A DNA stretch of 64,000 bases from Camelus dromedarius. Lineage: Eukaryota. The stretch spans positions 92,816,001 through 92,880,000 of the forward strand of contig NC_087436.1 in assembly GCF_036321535.1 (NCBI RefSeq), given 5' to 3'. Shown here in pieces: positions 28,821 through 39,688 of this stretch; within the stretch, counting starts at the first letter, position 1, and each line of letters begins with the position of its first letter. The notes under the pieces were generated by a model. The model was not told where the DNA came from, made no database searches, and saw nothing but the letters and a program-made list of their open reading frames with translations. A program made the translations under genes and the position numbers.

Positions 28821-29137
28821 TTTTGAAAGTTTTTTAAAAAGAAGAAAATTGCACAGAACTTGCAGAATGTTACTATCTTTAACATTTTATATTCTAAAAA
28901 ATATACAGGACTACACTTGGTTCAATAAAACAAATATAATACTTAATACACAGCAGTAGAAAATCATTTGTTGAATAAATTACTGAATTTGTTAATTAAT
29001 TCTAGGAGGCAAAGAGATAGTAGAAAATATTACCCACCATTCATAACCTTTCTTCAAGGTGACTTCTAAAACAAGCTATGCTATGGTAGATTAGTCCCAA
29101 GTTTGGTGCTCACTGTTCTATGGGCCTGGACAAAGAC

Positions 29138-29412
29138 TTTTTTTAAAAATTTTTTTATTGAAGTATAGTTGATTTACAATGTTGTGTTAGTTTCATGTGC
29201 ACAACAAAGAGATTCAAATATATATATACACACATGTTCTTTTTCAGATTCTTTTCCAATTTAGGTTATTGAATATAGTTCCCTATGCTACACTGTAGGT
29301 CCCTGTTGTTTTATCTATTTTATATATAGTAGTCTGTATACGTTAATCCCAAACTCCTAATTTATCCTTCCCCCCTGCTTTCCCCTTTGGTAACTGTAAG
29401 TTTGCTTTCTAT
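29138..29412 (-). mobile_element. L1 3' end
   Basis: ttgaagtatagttgatttacaatgttgtgttag...gaatatagttccctatgcta. Confidence 0.85.
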
Positions 29413-30119
29413 AGAAAAGTACCTTCTCAAACAATTCTTTTTCTCCCATGCAAACTGACAATTCTGTCTACCATGTACATTGCTTCTGTAATAACAATAA
29501 CTAAAATCAAACAAAAAGATTTCTTGCAGTTTGGTATGTTTTACTTCAGGCTAATTTCAGGACCAGAGTCAAATTTGTACCTAAATCTTGCAGAGATCAG
29601 TCTCTTTACTTAAGAGACTATTTCTGCAGTTTTTTCCCAAAATTACTAAAGCACTGACATATTAAAAACTAAATCAATGTTACGTTTATTTTTAAGAGAC
29701 TACTAAGTGTGAATTTAAAATACACAATAGTAAGCAGAGTAGCACAGCAGAAACTTGCTGGACCAAAAATAATAATAATATAGAATGCAAAAACTGTTCT
29801 TCATGGTATTATCATAGCAGAAACTAGAAACAGCTTAAATGTTCCCTAATAGAATGATTAAGTTATGAGAGCTCCCTATATTTTCATTAAAAACTTTAAA
29901 TAACATGGAAAAACATTCATGTTATCATGTTGCATAAAAAAAAGGAGACAAAATAATACAGTATGATATCAACTATTAAAAATGTAACTGGTGAAATATC
30001 TGGATTACACATAGTTTTTAACTCTATACCTTATACGTTTCTGTATTTTTCCCCAAAATGCCTAAAATTAAAAATTAATAATATATTCATTGAATATTAT
30101 TACAACTAATGTAATAGAC

Positions 30120-30520
30120 ACCGGCTGTCTCTAGTTTACTTTTATGCTTTCAATTAGCCAAAAATGCAGGAAAATCCCTTTTCTGCCTAATCATCCTGGC
30201 AAGCATAAATGTGACCTAGACCAGGTAGCTTAACCTTCAGGACTACTGCTGATGTGATTTTTCACCAAAACAGAGCAAGCAATAGGGAATCCTTTTTTTT
30301 TTTTTCTGAGTATACAAAGAATAGAAGATGCTGGCAACTTCCTGTGTTGCTCATGGCACACAGCTCTACTTCCTTGCTTAATTCTTGTTAATATTTGCTT
30401 AGGAATTGAAAAAAAAAAACCCAAAGCTAATATATTAATGATTTACCATTAGGACATACCATCAAAGACAAAGTGCCATTGTCCTAAACGCTCTGCCTGT
30501 ATTATCACATTATAATTTAT
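30120..30520 (-). pseudogene. EBLL fragment 3 (RdRp motif D/E region)
   Basis: ORF 30230-30424 GFFFSIPKQILTRIKQGSRA~[21 protein letters not shown]; followed by IAC...SSP...AT~LAC...TSP...AT. Confidence 0.6.
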
Positions 30521-30529
30521 ATTCCACAA

Positions 30530-31042
30530 CATACCTCAAAGCCATCTACATCTCTTCATCTCCACTGCGAACTATCATGGTTCAACCACAGTTTTGTTTG
30601 CCTAGATAACTATAATAGCCCTCTAATGATCTCCTTACTCACACTCTCCCCTTTCCCACCCATTCTCTACATGGTATGGTTGGCACACCATTTCCAACCA
30701 TCCCGCAGCCACAGCACATCTGTTTCTGCTCCTGAATACTACTAATATGGTCTGCAGGGTTTCTGTTTGTTCTGCCTGGATTGCTTTTTGCCCAAGATCT
30801 TCACCTGGCTTGTTCATTTTCACTTTTCATGCCTTGGCTTAGTCACTACCACCTCAGAAAAGCTGGAGTCCTGGGCAAGGTCCCTGCTGGCTATGTCCTA
30901 GCCCATTACTCTGCTTATTTCTTTTACATCATTTAGACAAGTTTTCTCATTCCTCATTTCCAAAAAAAGGTGGAAATGGTGTCTGTCTTGTTCAGTACCA
31001 CACCACCAGCAATTACAACACCTGACACCTCTTTACTGAATG
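30530..31042 (+). mobile_element. L2 3' fragment between EBLL fragments 2 and 3
   Basis: ctcttcatctccactgc...cctagataactataatagcc...tctgcctggattgc...tgtctgtcttgttca...tttactgaatga. Confidence 0.72.
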
Positions 31043-31099
31043 ATTCTCACAAAAACCCTATGAAGCACATACTGTGGTTAATCCTATCATTAACTTGAA

Positions 31100-31430
31100 C
31101 TACACAGAATTATGCTGTCAGCCTGTCAAAATGACCTTTTATAACCGTCAATATTCCTATTAGTTATTTAAGGGGTTGGGAGGAGAGTTAAATTCCCATT
31201 CTACTTTTCTTATGGTAATACTAGCAGATTTAGAGACAGGAATAAAAAAATACACAGGTCAATTTCTATCTTTTTATTTTAAAACTAGACTTATTAATCT
31301 CATGATTAAGGCAAAAGCATGTGTGTGTTGATTTGGTATTGTAGTACTTAAAGGAGCATCCTCTCATCTCAAATCTGTGTCAAATGAGGCAAGGCATAAA
31401 TACATGAAAAAACAAGTGCTCTATGCAAAG
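31100..31430 (-). pseudogene. EBLL fragment 2 (RdRp region between motifs A and B)
   Basis: VYFFIPVSKSASITIRKVEWEFNSPP (31178-31255) aligns without gaps to [25 protein letters not shown] through FN. Confidence 0.65.
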
Positions 31431-31534
31431 TCAAAAAAACTTTTTAACTCAATAAAAAAAATGTTAAAAAAACCTTTTTAAAATGTATATTCACTAGAGA
31501 AACTAGTATTTTTAATTATTTACAAGAATATGTT

Positions 31535-31660
31535 GGGAGGAGGGTATAGCTCAGCAGTAGAGTACATGCCTGGTACTGGGTTCAATTCCCAGTACTTTCG
31601 TCAAATAAAAAATAATAATAATTAATAAGTAAATAAACCTAATTACCCCCCAAATTTAAA
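31535..31660 (+). mobile_element. tRNA-derived SINE with internal deletion
   Basis: gggaggagggtatagctcagcagtagag...gggttcaattcccagtac; flanked by aagaatatgtt / aagtatatgtt. Confidence 0.82.
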
Positions 31661-32384
31661 AAGTATATGTTTATTGTAGATTATCTGGAAAAAAACACTG
31701 GTTAATTAAAAAATTTTTCAGAGAAACTGTTAACATCACAGTATATATTCTTACTGTATTTTTTCTAGTTTTACCTAGTATACATCAAGAGCATTTTTCT
31801 GTGTCACTAAATATTCTTCTAAATTGATTTTTTTAAATGGTTGCATCTATCATCAGTCCATAATAAATGTACTGTAACATATTTGTTTTCAACTCTTCAT
31901 AACTGTGTATGTTATCTATTTACTACTATTAATAGTGAACTTGTACACACCCTTTAATATGTATCTATTTATTGAAAGCAAATCTCTTAAGTGGGTCTCT
32001 TAAGTAAATCTCTTGTTGGGTCAAGAGGCACGGACCTTTAAATTCTTTTTCTACAAAGAATAACTGACCTCCAAAACACTGTTCAACTACATGTCCCAAT
32101 CAGTAGTAAGAGAGTTCCTGCTTTCCTGCACCCTCAATATGATGTATTACTATGAAAAACTTAGATAACATGAGTCAGGCAATGAATAGTAAATCCTCTA
32201 GCCTTATATTTCTATGCTTATCAGTAAATATGGAACATTTCTGCATTTTTTATTGGTCACTTGAACCCCTTTATGAACTCATTCACTTCCTTTGCCCATT
32301 TTTCTACTGGAATGTACACTGTTTGGTAAAACCTCTTTACAAATTAGGGACACTAACTCTATAACCGCACTACCATACAGTAGT

Positions 32385-32856
32385 TGTGGGGCCAACTGAC
32401 GTCCTTCAAAGTCCAATGACTCCCATTCCTGGGCTCTCAGATGTCTGCCTCTGATCTCTCAGATAAAGTACATTCTTTACTGGGCATGTTTGCCCTAACA
32501 AACTAGTAGCCCCAGGTAATGCCTAATCTCATAATAGCTCAGGCTGTTTCATTTCAGCCCACCTTATCAGTCATAAACCCCACTGCCCTTCATAGACCCT
32601 AAACCTCTTACCTCACCTACAACCAATCAGAGACTTGTGCACCAGCTGATCAGGCACATTGTGACACAACCTTATAAAAGACCCCAAGAACCAGTCCTCA
32701 GTGCTCACATAGGCACCTCTTGTCTGTGTGGCCCACTGTTGTCTATGGCAGAGTACCCTAATAAACTCCTTTACTATTCTCCTTCATCTCTGGTAAATTC
32801 TTTTACCGCCTGAGACACCCTGTCACCCGCCCACTGCCGAGTTGTGTCCCACAACA
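32385..32856 (+). mobile_element. Solo ERV LTR with 5-bp TSD, inserted in MER33
   Basis: TG...CA ends, TSD GTAGT (32380-32384 and 32857-32861), CCAAT, TATAAAA, AATAAA; second copy at 40143-40592. Confidence 0.92.
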
Positions 32857-32861
32857 GTAGT

Positions 32862-33130
32862 CTTTGTTTATTGCACTTGAAATGTGGGTAGTCTGAACTA
32901 AGATGTGCTGTAAGTGTAAAATGCACATTGGGCTCCAAAGACTTAGTACAAAAAGATAATGTAAAATATTTCAATAATTTTTATATTGATTATATGTTGA
33001 AATATTTGTAATATACTGGATAAAACATAAAAAATTTAATTTTATCTGTTTTTACTTTTTAAAACATGGCTATTAGATAACTCAAAATTACATATATGGT
33101 TTGCATTATATTTCTTTTGGACAGAGCTGC
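32862..33130. mobile_element. MER33 (hAT-Charlie) DNA transposon
   Basis: gcacttgaaatgtgggtagtctgaactaagatgtgctgtaagtgtaaaa...ttggacagagctg. Confidence 0.8.
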
Positions 33131-33134
33131 TCTA

Positions 33135-34430
33135 GAATATTGTTTTCCTTTTCACCTTTAAATGTTTTCAGCCTTAGTTTGACATATAAGCATTTCTCAC
33201 TTTTAAGTATGCAAATAAAGCAACTGTTGCCCTCAAGCGTACCTTCTCTCCTTATTCTTTATAAGTTTTTCCCAGCCACACAGGAATTTTAGAAGCATAA
33301 ACTAAACTTTATTTGACAAAGAAAAACATCTGTTTTTAGAATTTTTTCCCAAAAGTTCTTCAAATATTTTCTTCTTACATGCATCAACTTAATTAGTACT
33401 CTTTTTCTAAAGTTTTACCATAATTATGGTTGCTCTTTTAAAAACTGTTTCAGTATTATCGAAACTAAATTTTCACAAATAAAGTTATCTTTAAAATGGA
33501 CTAAGTATTTTTAAATATGAAAATACATTTTAACTTTTTGGTAATAAACACTGCAAAGAAATTTGCAGTCATTCTGACTGATGAGATGGCCGTGAGAAAG
33601 AGCACGTAATTTTCAACGTGACAGCTACAGAGAATAAGGGATTACAAATCACACTAGTTCAACTTCTTTTTACTAACACTTAACAGCAGTTTAGACTAAA
33701 TTCAACAGCCACTACACCTAATTGAAGTGTAAAATACTAAAACTGCTTTGTCAATAGAAGCAATTATGCTAGAAAGTTTAGTTGGGGATTTTGGAGTACA
33801 GTACATAACCAGATAATTCATTGTGCTGACAAGAGAACCAAGTATATTTCCAATACAGAAAAACTCAACAGTTATACTATACTTTTCCATCAGTACCAAA
33901 AAGCCCCAAAAACAGTGCTGTTAAAAGCAACACTTCTGAAATTTTAAGAGCCAGTTTTTACATTTATTGCAAAAAGATAAGAACAAATCCTAAAATAATT
34001 CACAGCACAGGCGTTACCGTTGCTCATATCACTTATTAATTGAATGACTACAACTTCCAACTTCTACTGCGAGGTCACAAACATGCTACAAGTTTTCTCA
34101 GACATAAATTTTGGGGCAATGTTTTTGTAAACACTTTACATCCCCAAGAACCTGGGGGATTAAAATTTAAAAGTTCAATGTTATTTTGGAAACTGTCAGA
34201 TTTAAAATTTAAATTTGAGTCAGAAAAGAATGTTGAGAGGGATAAAAACTCTCTATAACCACTTTTTAATTTGCTGCAGCACCAAAACGCATTTTTTCAC
34301 CAAAAAGATTGTTCAGTGGAACTGGGCTCATTCAATAACTGTGGGATGGTCATACTGCATTTGTAAGCATGATTTGTAAATGTTAAGTAGCATCACCCAA
34401 TTTCCTCCTTAGAAAATTTAACAAAACAAG
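33135..34430 (-). pseudogene. Endogenous bornavirus-like L element, fragment 1 (N-terminus to block I)
   Basis: Degenerate translation vs BoDV L recalled from memory: LNNLFGEKMRF~LKNPLLGTEVSF; SWGCKVFTKTL~AWKLDHMTKTL (34117-34149); PRSR~PRVR; LVLMEKYSITV~GLVMGRHNVSV; SIDKAVLVFYTSIRCS~QLDPVLLLMVSSVQKS; ANFFAVFITKKLKC~AEFIKGYVSKNAKW (33525-33566). Confidence 0.75.
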
Positions 34431-34649
34431 TTGGGAGCATGAGAAAAGGAGCAGGGTAACAAAATCTACTCGGCCAAAAGTGCCCTATGAAGGTGACTCG
34501 GTGAGCTCAAAAGACCCTGGAACTTTGTGGAGTCAGCAATTCCTCAATGCCTGAGGGGAAAGGGAGGTCGGCACTGCTATGTTCACGTAACGTTTTACTG
34601 ACAACAAACTGGTGGGTTTCCTGTAGGCAACTAGGCATGCAAATTGCCC

Positions 34650-35300
34650 CAAGTTTCCGCGGAGGCCGTGCTAGGGCTGGAGGCGAGACCAAGCTCAGCG
34701 AGGCCTGGCAGGGGCCTCCGCAGGCTGGGCAGTCTGAATTGCAAAGGCGGAGGCCCGAAACAAAGGTTGTGGGGTTGGGGAAGGGCAAGCCGGCGAACAA
34801 CTGCCCGAGGCGAGGGGCCCAGCACCGAGCCCGGCCTGGTTCTCCAGTCCGGCTTCCGCGGAGTCAGCGGCCGGCGCGGGACACTCACCCTGGCGGTCGC
34901 TGGAGCCGCGGGCCGCCGCCCTGCAGCGCAGACGGAGCCGGCATAGGGAGGACCAGCTACATCTGTGGGCCGCAGCGGCGGCGGCCAAGCCCGGTAACAT
35001 ACTGGCGGGGCAAAGGCCCCCACTCGGACACCGCCTGCTGCCTCCGCGCCGCCGCCGGCACCAACTGACTCCATAGACCGAACACTCGCGAAATTCAACG
35101 CCTGCGCCGCCGCAGGCGGCCTCAGAGAACCCGGAAATGGTAACGTCCTTTAGAGCCCGGGCCGCGCGGATAGCGGAAGTGACGTACATGCGGAACGGGA
35201 ATCGCGAGTCCTCGCACCCGCGGACCCGGACCAGCTGGGGAGAGTGCGGCTGCGCGGAAAGTTTGGCGTCCGCGTAGTGTTCAGCGCTTCTGTTTTTGCG
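34650..35300. promoter_or_regulatory. CpG island / SLC30A9 promoter
   Basis: Only GC- and CpG-rich stretch in the window; covers exon 1; contains GCGGAAGTGACGT (35173-35185), CCGGAAAT (35131-35138), TCGCGA at 35086 and 35202. Confidence 0.93.
34889..35000 (-). CDS. SLC30A9: SLC30A9 (ZnT9, mitochondrial zinc exporter) coding exon 1
   Basis: ATG at 35000 (context agtATG) encodes MLPGLAAAAAAHRCSWSSLCRLRLRCRAAARGSSDRQ, the recognisable SLC30A9 N-terminus; ends at donor G|gtgagt; 112 nt; inside CpG island. Confidence 0.97.
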
Positions 35301-35824
35301 TCTTGCTTTGAGGTCTACAGGTGAATTGTTTGCTTCTTAACAGCCAGGAAAGCTTTCATAGAAATGACAGCCTTTGGGCGCTCTGCCTACTTTTCTGTTT
35401 TCTGGGCTCAGATTCTGGCCCTTGGTGTTGGAAATGGGAGGTAGGGTGGGAAGATAGGAGAATAGCTTTCTGAGACTCTCTGAGAAGCCTTCCCTAGGTA
35501 AGCCCAAGCTTAGGCTACAATGTCCTCAGTACATCGTTAACACTATCGTGTGGCCAGTACCATGAAGGCAAGTACCCAGGGAATCAGTTTTGCACTGCTA
35601 ACCTCTGAACCTCACAACCCGGTGTAATATAGTAAAACATGGCTTATGCATTCATAATTTGTCTGGGTAAAAAGAAATGTGCAGACACATACATAGGAGT
35701 CAGTGTGGTCCCAGAGAGAAAGACCAGAACGACATTCAGTGGGCATTAACTGTGTTTATCTGACATGTGCCTTTAGGTCTTAGCTCATGCCTGGAAAGAG
35801 GTCTGCCTTGACCACCCTAGCTAT

Positions 35825-36337
35825 TGTAGGGGAGAAAACTTGCCACCCCAAAATGTGTTTCTTTGGCATGAGAGTTAATTTAGGCTAATTATTTTAAGGT
35901 CCGAAAGACTCACATTTGACCTTTCCCCTAACTGCCTAGAACAATATAGATAGATGACCTATTCCAAGAAGGGGGCTTTTCAACCATATTATGAACTAGA
36001 TATGTAGGTGAGAACCTAGCAAATTCTGTTAAAGTTCTTGTGTCTTCTGTTTCTGTATGGCCCACCAAAATTGGCTTTTTCAGCTCTGTCATTGCGCCCC
36101 CACCCCGAAGTTCTGAACTACTACCCTCAACATCTTCTTTGGTCTTTAACTGAAGATGGTATTTAAGGTGAAGGTTTCAACTATTTTGATGAGTTACTTA
36201 CTCAGTTTTCCTTGATCTCTCCCTTGTCAACATGTTAAAATTTTGATTTTTTCCCCCTATTAATCTGCCTCATGTCAATTTAACTCTTAGACCACCAGAA
36301 AAACTTAGAAGGGCAGAGGAAGATTTCCTCCCTGATG
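35825..36337 (+). mobile_element. Solo LTR (MER34/MER39-like ERV1)
   Basis: Starts tgtaggggagaaaac; ends gggcagaggaagatttcctccctg. Confidence 0.65.
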
Positions 36338-36573
36338 CTCCCTAATAGGCCTCTTTATTCTCTGCTCTGTTGCCCTGTATACTTATCTTTAAAATATCTA
36401 TAGATATTTGAAATAATCTATGTATTTTTTAAAAAATTTTCTGCCTCAGAATAAAAAATAAGCATCATGATGCTGAAATCTTTGTTTTGCACATTGCTGT
36501 TTCCCAGGGGTTAAAACAATGCCTCACACAAGTAAATTAACTGAATGGAATGCATGGTGGTTTGTTGCTTAAC

Positions 36574-37153
36574 TGTTGGCAAACCCAAGTTCATGAGGCC
36601 AAAAATGTTGGCGTTTGAAGTGAAGAAAGGTTTTTTGCAGGGGCCAAGCAAGGACAACAGGTAGCTGGTGCTCAAAAAGCCCTAACTCCCCAATGGTTCT
36701 CAGAAAAAGTTTTTAATAGGCAAAATCTGGGGGAAGGGCTGCAGAGTGTGACCTTCATCTGATTGGCTGGTGGTGAGGTAACATGGTGGTGGTCCTGGAA
36801 TCTTAGTCATCAGCCTTCTGGCTCCAACCAGTCAGAGTCCACTTGCTTCTGCCCAGCCTGAAGTTACCATCCTCCACCTGGGTCTGGGGAGGGGGTCTTA
36901 GTTCCTGTGGATGAATTCAGAGATGCATCATTTTGTTTGTTTATCCACTGAGGAAGAACCGGAACCCAGCTTTATTGCTGCACCATTGTTTCTTGACTGC
37001 ACCTCCTTTTTTCTGTGTTCCCTCTCTTCCCTAATTAGTAACTGTTTGAAACTGCCCTTTGGAAGTCAGGGAGGGTCTAGAAGGCTCAAGCCTTTTTCCT
37101 ATCAACAAGAAATGGGGACATGGACAGTCTTCACAGGGTCCTGCTCAGTTTCA
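36574..37153 (-). mobile_element. Solo ERV LTR
   Basis: TG...CA ends; reverse complement matches the LTR at 39689 (tgaaac...gcaggaccctgtg; ttacctcaccaccagccaatcaga; ttttgcctat). Confidence 0.82.
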
Positions 37154-37648
37154 CTGCAAAATAACTAATTTAAGGGAAAGTAAATTAGTACGTTCCCAAT
37201 TTTATGAAGATCAACACAGTCTTACACTGATTGAGAAATTACCAGATTAGTGAGGTCATGGTGATTATTGCAAGAATGGTAAGTGAATTTAACTTCCTGT
37301 GACAAATGTAGTTTAAAGCATTAGGTAGTTAAACATTAAAAAATGCTGTTCCATTAATATTTATATCTCTAGATTATTCAAAAAATCTGAATATTACTGG
37401 AAAGTTCTTAATGCTTTCCTTGTAAACAGATTTTAACAGAAATCCAACTTTGTGATATAAAATACATAAAGGCTTAACTCTAATTTTATGGTAACTATGC
37501 AACTATCCATTAACCTTTACTATATTGCCAACCTATATGGATTCTTAAAGTTAGCCCCTGGTTTCAACTATCATTTTAAACAAGACTGATCAAAATTTCA
37601 TGGGGTTGCTTTTTATGCACAATAGGATTTTAGTTTTCTTTTTGCTTA

Positions 37649-38304
37649 TGAGACAGGAAAGAAGGGGGCAGGGCACAGCCATTCAAGGAATGATGCAGCA
37701 ATTAACATCAAAATGGTAAAAGATTCAACTCCCAGTAGGCCTTGAGGCTCAAGATGGTGGGAGATTTGACTTCTAGTAGACCTTGAGCTTCATTATATGC
37801 CCATTGTAATGTATTAGCATGGTGAATAATAACATGCCCACAGATGCCATGGCAGTTCCAAGGCTAAACATAAAAAGTCAAAGAGTGGGCAATGGCCAAC
37901 TTCCTGGGAATCCCAGCCCCTTCCCCAGGGTAGTTAAAGTGGTCCTCCCATTGTTAGCACAGAAAGCTACCGAACCCATAAAAACTGGCAACACAGTGCC
38001 TCAGTGCCTCATCTCTCGCTCCCACCTCTTTGGAGACTGCCCACACTCTTTGTCTATGGAGTGTGTACCTACTTTTACTCTAATCTGAGCACCCAACACC
38101 CACACCTCATGGCCTTTCTCACAGCCTACACTCTATGCAGTATGTATCTCTCTAAATAAATCTACTTTACTTAACCGTGGCTCGCTCTTGAATTCTTTGC
38201 TGCGTGAAGCCAAGGACCCACACCTAGCGGGGCAAGTCCCAAGGACTCAACCGAGACCTGGGACACCACCCTTCTCGTGCCCCACATCCATTTTTCCTGC
38301 ATCA
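37649..38304 (+). mobile_element. Solo ERV LTR
   Basis: tgagacagg...cctgcatca; CATAAAA, AATAAA, cttgaattcttt...aagccaaggaccca U5-like end. Confidence 0.82.
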
Positions 38305-38798
38305 TCTCATATATATTTTCTAATAATTCTTAGAGGGATATTCGTTCCTTTTGCAATAAGAAGCATTTATTAAAATACTTTTTTTTTGCAGAGTTAAAAC
38401 TTTTTAATTTAATAACACAACTGTATGATGTGGAGAACATAATGCTGGTGCATACCACATTTTCACATGTGTTAGTTTTTTCCTGCCCTCTTTTCCCCTG
38501 ATATAGCTAAGAATAAGCCATAATAATATAACATGGTATAACTTTTCTTAGATACTGTATTAATTTTAATAAACCTCCAAAAGCCTTGACTTGCCAAGCA
38601 GTTTGAAAAATAAAGTGGATCATGCTTTCACCATGTTTAACCCTCACAATGCTGTGTCACATAATAAGTTATCCATGGACTTGGATTAAAATACTTATGA
38701 TGCAGTTGTCTTGATGTTAACACCTATATTGGCATCACGTATTTGTCCTGCTGGATAGGCTTCAAAATTTCCCCAAGTGCTAAAAATTAAGGCAATGT

Positions 38799-39409
38799 TG
38801 TAAGCAAGCAAGGTAGGGGGTCCCTAAAGAAAGAGAACCAAGACTTTCTTGACATAAGAGAAGCCATTTTTGGCCAAAGCTGTTTTGTGATCTAAGCCTG
38901 ACAACAATGCTTGCCCTTGAACAGGTCTCGGTAATTAATGATCTTAAGGGAAATGAAGGAGTGTAGGAACAAAGGGAAAGCAGTCAAGAAACAATAGTTC
39001 TGCAATAAAACAGAGTCCTAGTTCCTCCTCAAGGGATATACATAACAATCTGATGAATGACTCTGAGTTCTGCAGGAACTAAGGCCCCCACTCAGGTGGA
39101 GGACAGAATGATGGTGTTGGCCTTTTCTTACCCTCATGACTTCAGTCAACTAAAGCTTGGACTCTGTCAACCTTTGCCCCAATTCTATGCTGAGTTCTCC
39201 TCTGTTCAAGACCCTTCATGTATATACATGTATCCTTAGCTTATAAAATGTCCCCAGTTTTGCTGTTGGGGAGACACTGCTTTGGGAAAGATTCCCAGTG
39301 TTTTCCGTACTTGCTGCAAGTAATAAATCCTCCCTTCTCCTGATCTTTGGCTCGGTTTTGTCTCTTAGCTCGACACCCACCAAGAGGTGAACCCAGTTTT
39401 CAGGTAACG
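38799..39409 (+). mobile_element. Solo ERV LTR
   Basis: tgtaagc...ggtaacg; TATAAAA, AATAAA; flanks atgt/gtgt. Confidence 0.82.
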
Positions 39410-39688
39410 GTGTCAGTTTTAAAGTTCCTTAGGGAAATTTCCTTTGATCCTAAATTCTTTGAGAAATCTCATTCTTACTTTATTTTAATGTTCAACTTGA
39501 GACATATTCAGCAGCTCCCTGTATGTACTAAACAGGTCAGATTCCAGTATCATAGAGCTTATTTTCTATTGGAGGAGACAGAAAATTTAAAAATAATTAG
39601 ATAATTTCAAAGTATGATAGTAGCAGTAGAACTAATACTGATCATTTACTAATTGCCACACACTTTATGTGCATTATCTCATTCATCA

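Noticed and set aside
30470..30490. LGQ codons as the RdRp catalytic GQGDNQ motif
   Set aside because: DNQ is absent, and spacing to the downstream KQxSR motif fits the later AGH motif better; motif C was not found.
34507..35098. Several long overlapping ORFs in the CpG island
   Set aside because: Stop-poor GC-rich sequence; only the frame from ATG 35000 splices into a recognisable protein.
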